A DNA stretch of 60,000 bases, taken from the NCBI GenBank assembly GCA_051294905.1, contig CM119372.1, forward strand, positions 37,698,001 through 37,758,000, read 5' to 3'. The stretch is from Botryllus schlosseri. Its lineage: Eukaryota. Below are positions 53,701 to 60,000 of the stretch, one piece after another (positions within the stretch are counted from its first letter, which is position 1; each line of letters begins with the position of its first letter). A program made the translations under genes and the position numbers. Below the pieces are notes generated by a model. That model worked only from the letters and a program-made list of their open reading frames with translations, made no database searches and had not been told where the DNA came from.

Positions 53701-56252
53701 TACCTGTGAAAGTCGAAGCATTTTCTGAAATATTTTCAGTTGTCTTGAAAGGGCTATATGAACCACATATCATAATTACACTCATAAGAACGTTGAAAAC
53801 ATTCAAACAGTACTACCTGCTCTCTACTGTAACAGGAAGTAATGTAAAAAACAAGGATTTTAGTAGCTATAGTGTCAGTAGCCAAAACGTACTTGATTAC
53901 TCCGAAATAATACTACGTTACCTGCCACCTCTGAATGTATGTAATGAATTATAGCACTATAACACAATGTTGGCCAATGTATATTGCTCATATGAATTGT
54001 TTTACCTGTTGCCTAATCTCGTTTTATTATATCCTACTGATAATATTTCAACATTTACTCGGGTATTAATGTCATAATTTGACAAGTAGAGTGCTTTCTG
54101 GTCGATTCGTGCATCTCTATTAATAAAATCAATAGTATGGCCAGAAGTTCCCAATCAAGGCTACGTGTACCCCTTGGGGTACGAATCATCAAAGTACATG
54201 ATAAGATACGCAATGTGAAAATATATGATATTGAGGCATGTTTGTCAATATGCAATTGATACTTTGTTTTATGTCTACATAGTTCCTGCAAGTTTCACCC
54301 TAACGATACTTTATTAATATATAGCCTATGTATGATTGTAATAATATTACAATTTCACGGCCATTATAACGGAAATTAATGGTATGTAGAAACTGCTTTG
54401 CCTTCGATTTCGCTGCTGATGAAATTTTAACCACGTCGAAAACGTAAATGATACTGGGAGCACGTCAATAAAGCACTAACATTGATGACGTGGTTACTTC
54501 GGCTAACACCTTAATATGCTTTGCAACATTCGAAAAATTGAATCGGAAATTTGAACCTGAGTAAGAAATATTTTATATATTTCATACGCATCAAAACTGG
54601 TCTTCGTATGACAGCCAATGGGGTCAGGTCTTGACTGGGGTCATCCCAACACTGCTGCTGGTTACTCTACTCGCTGATATGTAAGTCTATTGTCTATATA
54701 AGCTTACCCTCATCGGAGACATCCAGGTCGGGTCTATCATCTGGGAAATCATCATCGTAGTCGTCATCCCGATCTCGTCTATTATCCTGATAATCATCGT
54801 AAAAATCATCATCCTGATCTCTTCTGTCATCATCAAAGTTATCGTCAAAGTCATCATCAAAGTCATCATCAAAGTCATCATCCCGATCACGTCCATCATC
54901 TCGATAGTCATCATCTCGATCTCTTCTGTCATCATCAAAGTTATCGTCAAAGTCATCATCAAAGTCATCATCCCGATCTCTTCTGTCGTCATCAAAGTCA
55001 TCATCAAAGTCATCATCCCGATCTCTTCTGTCGTCATCAAAGTCATCATCAAAGTCATCATCCCGATTTCGTCTGTTATCACGGTAGTCATCATCCCGAT
55101 CTCTTCTGTTGTCATCAAAGTCATCATCAAAGTCATCATCAAAGTCATCATCAAAGTCATCATCCCGATCTCTTCTGTCGTCATCAAAGTCATCATCAAA
55201 GTCATCATCCCGATTTCGTCTGTTATCACGGTAGTCATCATCCCGATCTCTTCTGTCGTCATCAAAGTCATCATCAAAGTCATCATCAAAGTCATCATCA
55301 AAGTCATCACCCCGATCCCGTCTGTCATCATCCAATTCTTTCCTCCAGCTTTCAATATCCTCCTGCGTCCGTCTTTCTTCCCTCTCGTCTCGCTTATCGT
55401 CATCTATCAAACCGCTCCTCCAGCTGTCAACGTCGTCGTCACTATCGCGTCTGTCGTCATCCAGAAAATCGTCGTCATCGTCATCCTGAAAATCGTCGTC
55501 ATCGTCATCTAGAAAATCCTTGTCATCATCGTTTAAAAAGTCGTCATCGTCATCCCGAAAATCATCACGATCACGTCTGTCGTCGTCCTCATCCTGAAAG
55601 TCGTCACGATCACGTCTGTTGTCCTCATCATCCCGAAAATCGTCACGATCTCGATCACGCCTGTCGTTGTCTAGATCCTTTCGCCAACTGTCTACATCTT
55701 CATCTCTATTGTTCCCGTCGCGACGTCCTCTGTCGTCGTCATCGCGGCTATTTCTAATGTCATCCCAATCATCAGTTGTGTCATCTCGACTATTTCTAAC
55801 ATCATCACCATCGTCTATGTCATCCATATCGTCGTCGTCATCTCGACTCTCATCATCCTCTGTGTCATCCCTGTCGACATCATCGTCATTTCTGCTGTGA
55901 TCGACTCCGTCGGTTCCGTCGTCGTCGTCGTCAACGTCGTTCCAATCGTCCCAGTCGTCAAATTCGTCATCCCTGTCACTATCTGCATCTGCATCTGCAT
56001 CATTCCAATCTTCCCAGTCGGAATCATTGTCATCTGTACTCCAATCAACGCTGTCGTCGCCATCGGTCGAGTCGTTGACATCGTCAAAATCATCCCCATT
56101 CTGACTGCTGCTGCCGTCGTCATCCCAATCATCCAAGTCGTCATCGTTGTCCTGATCCCCGTCCCTGTTTTCGTCCTCTGTGCGCCCACTGGTGTCGGCG
56201 TTGCTATCCGTTTTTCCCTCGCCCTTTTCCAGAAACGTGACTTTCTTTGAAC
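507..56252 (-). CDS. Large spliced gene (5'-partial, 51 exons traced, about 2,530 aa in window): membrane-anchored poly-DOMON protein with at least 9 DOMON domains and an Asp-rich repeat region
   Basis: Manual exon chaining with AG acceptors, GT donors (one GC) and consistent phases. Each domain repeats the motifs L.W.....I, GW(I/V)G(I/L/F)GFS...M..(A/S)D, EN.THT....R...T.D..D..I and (V/I)WA(Y/F)G......YH...RG. Exon lengths sum to 7598 nt (2 + 2532 codons including the TAA at 507-509). Confidence 0.85.
1109..3585 (-). CDS. Linker plus DOMON module 9 (Met and His retained)
   Basis: Exons 3281-3585 (WLDSARTVRLKWVT), 2671-2778 (LCAPTSGWIGIGFSPAGTMVKSD), 1361-1507 (QENGTHT..TGDKRDTVI), 1207-1294 (TVIWAYG..DYHRNNT), 1109-1144 (GSTVINFF). 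Confidence 0.88.
4170..4362. mobile_element. hAT-type MITE
   Basis: Ends caatgttccctct..agagggacattg; degenerate TSD gttatcca/gttatcgg. Confidence 0.7.
4583..8612 (-). CDS. Ser/Thr-rich linker plus DOMON module 8 (Met retained, His replaced by Lys)
   Basis: Exons 8227-8612 (begins with the last strand of module 7, GYKEIELI), 7334-7447 (GLGWIGIGFAEDEMMTGLD), 5480-5626 (FENETHT), 4688-4775 (HIVWAYG..DYKVDRS), 4583-4624 (GSTTVEMI). Confidence 0.85.
5791..6875. mobile_element. hAT-type MITE with GTAATC hexamer arrays
   Basis: TIR (t/c)agacatgggg; perfect TSD ttatcaac (5783-5790, 6876-6883); (gtaatc)n arrays at both ends; nested fragment of the tagggttgcat family. Confidence 0.88.
7847..8018. 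mobile_element. Penelope-like pLTR remnant with internal inversion
   Basis: Same family as 20411-21113 (aatattttcgg..acactcgtcag, then gccgaaaatatt..gttctgtacctccaagaagctcttcaaata). Confidence 0.7.
8837..9411. mobile_element. Foldback (long-TIR) non-autonomous element
   Basis: About 245-bp near-perfect inverted arms from tatagataactaacct to aggttagttatctata with a short spacer; TA/TATA at the ends. Confidence 0.85.
9908..13530 (-). CDS. Ser/Thr/Pro-rich (mucin-like) linker plus DOMON module 7 (Met and His retained)
   Basis: Exons 13043-13530 (GC donor), 12708-12818 (IAAPTLGWVGVGFSLDGTMKGAD), 11641-11787 (YQNGTHT), 9908-9995 (KVLWAYG..DYHYNNR). Confidence 0.87.
10212..10639. mobile_element. 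MITE (tagggttgcat TIR family)
   Basis: TIR tag(a/g)gttgcatttgaaaca; related copies at about 6081-6410, 41069-42094 and about 57601-57829. Confidence 0.8.
11035..11480. mobile_element. MITE with gagtc repeats
   Basis: Ends cagcgctgtaat..attacaaccctg; dense gagtc/aagtc motifs near both ends. Confidence 0.65.
12167..12426. mobile_element. hAT-type MITE with gaggca repeats
   Basis: TIR agtgac(t/g)tgcgg; TSD ctaccagg/ttaccagg. Confidence 0.75.
13682..20043 (-). CDS. DOMON module 6 (most divergent; Met to Leu, His position to Lys)
   Basis: Exons 19850-20043 (FLDDARTVQLKWAV), 16541-16639 (FLGPTSGWFGIFFLRDGQLDGAD), 15464-15610, 13810-13897 (SILWLMS..QIKFSDL), 13682-13747. Confidence 0.78.
14086..14361 (-). 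mobile_element. tRNA-derived SINE (family 1)
   Basis: Reverse-complement homolog of 58823-59100. Confidence 0.7.
18036..18295. mobile_element. hAT-type MITE
   Basis: 13-bp TIR tagggttaccata; TSD cccaatag/cctaatag. Confidence 0.8.
18351..19241 (+). mobile_element. Decayed hAT element with C-terminal transposase remnant
   Basis: TIR tag(t/g)gcgatttt; gtcaaaa subterminal repeats; broken YAQLHCCQP..AAVERSFS motif at about 18765-18825. Confidence 0.65.
20445..20478 (-). ncRNA. Second, identical minimal hammerhead motif on the minus (host-gene sense) strand
   Basis: Exact reverse complement of 21016-21049. Confidence 0.68.
21016..21049 (+). ncRNA. Minimal type-I hammerhead ribozyme motif in the Penelope-like pLTR
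   Basis: accc-CUGACGA-g-ugucagc-c-GAAA-auau-UC-gggu: conserved core, stem I accc/gggu, palindromic AAUAUU stem III, UUC cleavage triplet. Confidence 0.7.
21946..24980 (-). CDS. DOMON module 5 (Met retained, His replaced by Glu)
   Basis: Exons 24886-24980, 24512-24625 (ISAPTKGWIGIGFSDTPSMDDAD), 24302-24448, 22523-22607 (NVHWAYG..FYEAKRE), 21946-22005 (GSTVVTFI). Confidence 0.85.
23580..24157. mobile_element. hAT-type MITE
   Basis: Ends cagggg..ccctg with ggcccgc motifs; TSD acttagac/acttagcc. Confidence 0.75.
25136..35678 (-). CDS. Five short symmetric (phase 1-1) linker exons between DOMON 4 and 5
   Basis: 35604-35678 (DDGDDFRRGLTDEPDTTTTFFDFRD), 28196-28258 (SDDVTTPAGVQAEESTASFD), 26218-26283 (SNDVTTPSPLVQVDETTAAVD), 25338-25415 (RSDVTTISTGTTRAVAIHTTTANID), 25136-25198 (SNDFTTPALVQLEESTAVLD). 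All lengths are multiples of 3, with gtgagt/gtaagt donors. Confidence 0.75.
26745..27015 (-). mobile_element. tRNA-derived SINE (family 2)
   Basis: Minus strand has an A box tggtgcaatgg and a B-box-like ggttctatccc, followed by about 200 nt of body ending ggtaccttaaaaa. Confidence 0.55.
27060..27890. mobile_element. Non-autonomous DNA transposon with TA target duplication (Tc1/pogo-like)
   Basis: 25-bp TIR ggg(g/a)agatgtggtaccgatggatca flanked by ta on both sides. Confidence 0.8.
30119..34654 (+). mobile_element. Full-length hAT DNA transposon (young)
   Basis: Perfect 15-bp TIR cataggcgccgactt; perfect 8-bp TSD aatagact (30111-30118, 34655-34662); subterminal acgaggtgg/ccacctcgt repeats at both ends. 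Confidence 0.95.
31476..33551 (+). CDS. hAT transposase (TTF-type Zn finger, DUF4371-like region, DDE core, C-terminal dimerisation domain), 691 aa
   Basis: Motifs WLKY..AFCPTC, IMADETTD, GQGYDGAAAMAG, HCAGHQINL, CATRW, TTCEAERSFSALRRLKTYLRSSMTQQRLN. A probable true start at 31334 is separated by a 1-nt frameshift. Confidence 0.93.
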   Translation: MPVAAEGRSYRRSWEEEYSWLKYDSARDRAFCPTCTWAVEHNKVNLIQASAQVWTVIGYNNWKKGKQGVRIHHESRFHKDSTQMKLITEQGPKARITLDEKTVKRLKENSGALKIIFDCLLFLGRQGVSVRGHTDERSNFYEIMTLVGKYNQDAAAWLNRESYKWISHDISNEILEMMAKEVLRNEISEIKQAQFFCIMADETTDVATKEQLSLCVRYTDEKFDVHESFLGMIECPCTDAATLHKLISDGLTSLGLDLSLCRGQGYDGAAAMAGRLSGVQARFKETYPTMLYLHCAGHQINLVVHDCFKATRQGLHAISVLHAVVNFIKSSPKRLDSFEKFSLTSEHRVSSSLRPLCATRWIMQLPAVNAFLDQYQAILDWLAETLNDGNLDAISRSKASSHLHSMDDFDVYFLLRIMQKLLFILNPVHIEVQKHGISVGRVRELLESVSSTISWNAGTESEASVMFEATKESATAIGLQMPSLPRATGRRAMRSQGQQRNSTVEGFYQNIYSNIFTECSNSLLIRYSKHDMKMINDIETVLLNKTSKSDDTSAFEKVTTFYYSDLDSNMMRMEQQQLRSFTQQKNISVSTMSQLHNLFSKNEILPLMLPNMAQLLRMYLSLPCTTCEAERSFSALRRLKTYLRSSMTQQRLNHVLVLNVHQKEAAKMPLEPLMNEGIDRATVRKNTFAKL
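35701..35776. repeat. (CT)n/(AT)n microsatellite
   Basis: Read directly from the sequence. Confidence 0.95.
36506..38042 (-). CDS. DOMON module 4 (Arg-rich; Met and His retained)
   Basis: Exons 37900-38042 (FLDEREDFHLKWRV), 36969-37079 (GWVGLGISKRRNMRGAD), 36767-36913 (RENGTHT..TRDDDDNIIE), 36619-36706 (NVIWAFG..DYHGRSR), 36506-36553 (GVRRLKLI). Confidence 0.88.
38349..40520 (-). CDS. DOMON module 3 with DDDRDF acidic linker (Met and His retained)
   Basis: Exons 40318-40520, 39433-39543 (ITAPTRGWVGLGFSEDGTMRDAD), 39210-39356 (RENRTHT..TGDRDDFKIG), 39009-39096 (HVIWAFG..LYHARDR), 38349-38402 (GSKRLIL). Confidence 0.88.
41069..42094. mobile_element. hAT-type MITE (tagggttgcat TIR family), interrupted by the foldback element
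   Basis: TIR tagggttgcat/atgcaacccta; degenerate TSD gttgggtc/gctgagtc; same family as 10212-10639. Confidence 0.8.
41199..41802. mobile_element. Foldback element with about 290-bp arms
   Basis: Ends tagggc..gcccta; arms near-identical; 8-bp TSD atcagcat/atgagcat. Confidence 0.85.
42423..50401 (-). CDS. DOMON module 2 (Met and His retained)
   Basis: Exons 50211-50401 (LDEKRGVQLFWVYD), 43956-44069 (LSVPTLGWIGIGFTDRHTMMDSD), 43752-43898 (ASENDTHTT..DQDDYKIE), 42541-42628 (NVLWAYS..EYHFNNR), 42423-42482 (GLVRMNMI). Confidence 0.88.
45217..45314. mobile_element. Penelope-like pLTR remnant with internal inversion
   Basis: Reverse-oriented pLTR tail (gaagagcttcttggaggtacagaacttcaatatacaattg) abutting forward cctggcgagtgtcagccgaaaatatt. 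Confidence 0.65.
45385..49563 (+). mobile_element. hAT DNA transposon (defective transposase)
   Basis: Perfect 14-bp TIR cagtggcggctcgt; perfect TSD gaatatac (45377-45384, 49564-49571). Confidence 0.93.
46925..48639 (+). pseudogene. hAT transposase pseudogene (internal deletion plus frameshift)
   Basis: Zn finger (WLTY..LFCFYC..HQKSQVH) is joined directly to FLSIQSDETTD. A frameshift at the A7 run 47425-47431 separates it from the downstream frame carrying LIAQTYDGAAVMSG, HCYAHQLNL, STRW and SAESERSFSTLKRIKTFLR. Confidence 0.88.
50566..53724 (-). CDS. DOMON module 1 (Met and His retained)
   Basis: Exons 53624-53724 (YLNYENTLFLQWIYDSESITFR), 52802-52912 (LTARTIGWVGFGISKSKSMINSDLVMVGV), 52362-52502 (DMSAKRNGVP..SENDTHTVVTFRR), 50679-50766 (NVIWAYG..NYHGKNR), 50566-50613 (GWTRVEFI). 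The donor at 52362 (GAG|gtgtga) is the weakest call. Confidence 0.85.
50876..52163. mobile_element. hAT-type MITE with CTACTT arrays
   Basis: TIR cagaggtggtca; perfect TSD gatatatt (50868-50875, 52164-52171). Confidence 0.88.
54708..56252 (-). CDS. 1545-nt phase 1-1 exon: terminal DOMON strand (GSKKVTFL) followed by a 500-aa Asp-rich repeat (DDDF, DDDRRDR, DDW)
   Basis: Acceptor ctgacag|GTTCAAAG at 56252 and donor GATGAGG|gtaagc at 54708. Open in the frame of ORF 54694..56136. Arrays of gtcatcatcaaa (12 nt) on the + strand. Confidence 0.85.
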
Positions 56253-56768
56253 CTGTCAGTGTAAGGATGGAAATTATTACAATAAGAATCGGTACTGGGT
56301 GAATGCTGTTTCCTTTCGGGTTCGCAGGGTTGTGGAGTCGGTTCGCTTTATCATCGATTCCAACTCCAAACCGGACCCTAACTGATCAAATTTAACACAC
56401 GCTGACTCCGCGTCCAATCTCTGAATCAAACATTTCTTTAGGTCTACTCAAAATAGTATAACGTTATAGCAATTTACCTATTATTATTATTATTATTATC
56501 ATAATACGTGGTTACTGACGAAGTAGGCGGCTGCTTATACGTTTTCGTCAACTCCAAAGAGGCGACTGTTCAAGTAGTTCCTATTTCAGACTACTTCAAC
56601 TTCTGCAAAACAGTTTTCGATTTTCTAAGCCAATGTAGGAGTAAAAGACTGTTTTATTTACTTTCTTGGAAATTGCTACTTCCGTAAGGAGAAATTTACG
56701 ACATTATTTCCAATTAGAGTTTGCTTGTTTGTTTTTATTCAAGGCATTGGCGCTTTTAAACACCAGGG

Positions 56769-57104
56769 CAGTGGTTCTCAACCTATTTTTGGACACGACC
56801 CCTTTCTGATAGTGAAAAATTTCGCGCCACCCCTTATCGTCATATCACAAATTCCAACCGGGATGCTAGTAACCCTCCCAGATGGTTTGATGGCATGGAA
56901 GGTTGTTATGACTGTTGATGAGAAAATTAAAAATATGAAATACGGTCTATATATAAAGAAACACGCGTGAATTGGAGATAAATCGAACTCAAAACTGAAA
57001 AACTAAAACTGAAAGTTTTTTTACGTTGACCGCTTCTTCGCGCTCCCCTTCAGATGCTTTCACGCCCCCCAACGGGGGCTCGACCCCCAAGTTGAGAACC
57101 ACTG
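56769..57104. mobile_element. hAT (Charlie-like) MITE
   Basis: TIR cagtggttctcaac/gttgagaaccactg; TSD degenerate. Confidence 0.75.
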
Positions 57105-57869
57105 CTCTAAGGTCATTTGCAGCCCGTACATTAGGTTCGACAACTTCAATTCTCTGTAAGGTCTTTTTAAATCGTATTACGGACGACTTCTATTTACGCG
57201 CTCTTCCACCATCAGTCCGTCTCGTTTTCCCTGCGTCCGTAACTGGAGTCATAGCTGCCGAATTTCTGGCTCGGCTCACCTTCATTCTTGGCTTTTGTAT
57301 ACACTGCAATCGCAGCGAGGTTATCGATGAGGAGTCGAGACAAAACTCCGACATGTAGAAGTTCGTCTGGGCCAGGATTCGTTAACGTTAATATTTGCTA
57401 AGCAAACTGTTCCACCATTTGTCGTCGGTAGGTTGTACAATACAATAAACCCGTGGAAAAGTCAACTCCGTGACTGCAAATTACAACTTGCACTAATGAT
57501 TCAGGTGAGTGAAGAGCTTGTCGGGACTTTATAATTAGAAATCCCCTCTCCAATAATAAACCCTGAAAACAATAGTCAGATTTCTATTCAATATTAGTTC
57601 TAGGTTTGCATTTGAAACAAATGGCTGTTTAAAACACTCTGTTCAAGACATGTTCTAAACATTGTTTTAAACAAAGGCCTTTTTTTAAAATAAAAATTGT
57701 GTTTTTTGTTTTAAAATCATGTCATAATTGTGTAAATACTATATATAAACAATAAAATCGTGTTTTAAACGAGGCCATTGTTTCAAACATGTTTGTTTTA
57801 AATTGATTTTTGTTTTAAATGTAACCCGAAGTAGTACTCATACTCAGAACCCATAGATGTCAGTTAAAC

Positions 57870-58573
57870 CAGGGCCGGCCAACCCGTGGCCCATGAGAAG
57901 GTTTTGAGTGGCCCGCGAGGTATTTTCCGAAATTTCTAATATCATCAAAAATGGATTGCACTGATTGTGAACTTGCAAGGCCAACCAAAGATTTGATTAG
58001 TCTGGCCGCAACACTTGAGATGTGATGACTAAAATATCAGTTACGACGCATTGACAGATCCATCAGCCATTCACATATTGGTATATCTTCGTACACTACA
58101 ATAAAGCAGAATAATTTGCGATAGAGTAATCGAAGGTAAAAATTTTCTACAAGCTTAGCGCAACATGTTGTCACTCGATTTCTTGTTTTTAATATTGTTG
58201 CCTTTTTGTGAAAATGGAATAACACCTGATGTATCAGATTGAGTCCAACTATATTCGCGATTACGAGACAAAGTGTCGTTCAACATATGCGACCTTGCGT
58301 TTGCGCTGCAGTAAGACCGTCGACTATGAAACCTAGGCACGAAATGATTGACGCATGTTGGTCGCAGCTTTCGATATCGATATGTCCATGCGCCGAATAG
58401 CCCAGTCCTCGCAAAGTTAGCCCAGCGATATACAGCAGGCCCGCAATATAGTCAAGTGACAATATATTGACCTATGAACTTCAAAAAATTTTGGCGCTTC
58501 GCGCGGATAGTGGCCCGCGCAAAACTTCGTCAATCGAATGTGGCCCTTTGGCTGAAAAGGTTGGCCAGCCCTG
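57870..58573 (+). mobile_element. hAT-type MITE
   Basis: TIR cagggc(c/t)ggccaacc; perfect TSD agttaaac. Confidence 0.88.
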
Positions 58574-58822
58574 AGTTAAACCAACCCATACAATACCCGC
58601 CAACCCACAGACTAGCGGAAGTAGATACGTATGTTTCGTATGCTAGCAATAATAAATTATGCGTTTAAAATTAAAAAAATGATAACTTTATTGACTGCAA
58701 TGGGACTTTTAGTAACATTTTAACACATTTCAGTAGTTGGAGTTAAAGTCGGATTACGAACATTATAACATACTCCGACTCTGACACCAGTAAATATATG
58801 TTTCTGCAACTGCCACTCCAGT

Positions 58823-59100
58823 GGCAATATAGATTAGTGGTATAATCCATAGCTGGAACACCAATGGGTTGCGGGTTCGAGTCCTATCGAGGTCGACTCC
58901 AGGATCCCTACCTAAGTTAAGTTTTGAAATTTTATCTAGGCTACTCCTCGCCATCTCAACCGCGCGGGCTGTGTCTTATAAAATCCTAGAAGTGGCCGTG
59001 CTGCGAGTCGGATGCTACGGAATAAAAAGGTAGAATATCGGCCCGATGTAAATGGCCATAGTAGTCGACAAACACCATGAATACCACAAACAAACTACCA
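58823..59100 (+). mobile_element. tRNA-derived SINE (family 1)
   Basis: A-box-like tagattagtgg and B-box ggttcgagtcc; body shared with 14086-14361 (-), about 16905-17030 (+) and about 42870-43000 (-). Confidence 0.7.
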
Positions 59101-60000
59101 GTCCGAGGGGTGTTTTAAAAGGTCTGTGACTCCGAATCCATCAAGCACGAGAACGAACGAAAACGAAAATTCTGCATCGACGCCCAAGCTCTACTTCGAA
59201 GCTTCTGCACTATGAACATTTTCGTGAAATGGCACTATTGTACGGGAATATCATAATCATGTGATAGAAATGCAATTAATTGTAATTTCTCATGATTGTT
59301 ACTATTAGATAAGAACGAGCACACAAACTTAAGTACACCAAGCATATTCTGTGACAGGCAGGGCCGTGGAGTCGAAGTCGGAGTCGGGGTTATGTTGAAT
59401 TTTTTCTTGTTAGAGTCGGAGTCACAAAATATCTGTAGCACTCCGTGGATCTGGAGTCGGAGTCGGAGTTAGGGAGGCACATACTGGCTGGAGTCGGTGT
59501 CGGAGTTTGCCAAAATGCTCTTTCTCCAACTCTGACTCTACGTATTTTAAGGCCCTAAGGTGCAGCTGGTATCACAAAATTTTTCTAAATCTTTTTTATT
59601 GCAGAATCTTGAAGTATGAAACTTTACAAAAATGTATTGCTCTTGTCTGATTTCGAATTTGAAGTATGTTAAAATACGATTTCAAATCCCCCGTTTTCGT
59701 AGGAAGAGCTGAAAGCTGTTGATATTATGAGCGTTGTTTATCGTATTGTATATTTTTCAAGATTGTATTAGTATATTGTTGATAGCTATTAGCTAATCGC
59801 TTAATTGACGATTAGGACAAAGACATACACTACGAAGTCATTTGGCATAGGGAAAGATAAAACCATGGTAGAAAAGAACCTGAGCTGAACAATCGAAGAA
59901 ATCTTTTGAAAAAGATTGGAGCTTTCATCGCCTTCAACATCTGATAATGATGGTTAGGATTAAGCGGAATCGTTTTCCTCGCAATTTCTACATTTTTGAT

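Noticed and set aside
53600..53806. Hydrophobic ORF start resembling a signal peptide for a separate gene (likewise 19796-20104)
   Set aside because: Good phase-1 acceptors at 53724 and 20043 explain these as internal exons. The hydrophobic leaders are probably translated T-rich intron, though alternative starts cannot be strictly excluded.
54687..55403. 238-aa (MMTL)n ORF and other overlapping ORFs at 55619-56250 and 40314-40511
   Set aside because: Shadow frames of the GAT/GAC repeat; only the Asp frame is phase-compatible with the flanking exons.
507..56252. Assigning DBH, MOXD1 or FRRS1 as gene symbol
   Set aside because: Only DOMON similarity; no catalytic copper or b561 domain in the traced exons.

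Overview
AT-rich eukaryotic, repeat-dense DNA that looks like an invertebrate animal; the taxon cannot be fixed from the sequence. The window is dominated by one large minus-strand spliced gene that the ORF track shows only as fragments. By hand I traced 51 frame-compatible exons from 56252 down to a stop codon at 507 (7,598 nt, about 2,530 aa). The 5' end lies beyond position 60000. The protein reads: last strand of an upstream DOMON domain; a 515-aa extremely Asp-rich repeat exon; nine complete tandem DOMON domains (DBH/MOXD1-type) with near-identical exon and phase architecture, separated by acidic or Ser/Thr-rich linkers; and a C-terminal transmembrane helix with a KIKR tail. No copper-monooxygenase or cytochrome-b561 domain lies downstream of the Asp-rich exon. 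Six of the nine domains keep both predicted heme ligands (Met and His). The introns hold two transposase-carrying hAT elements with exact TIRs and TSDs (one nested in a decayed Chapaev3-like element, one in a hAT MITE), Penelope-like retroelement remnants with minimal hammerhead ribozyme motifs, long foldback elements, tRNA-derived SINEs and many hAT MITEs. All exon calls are manual and need RNA-seq confirmation.
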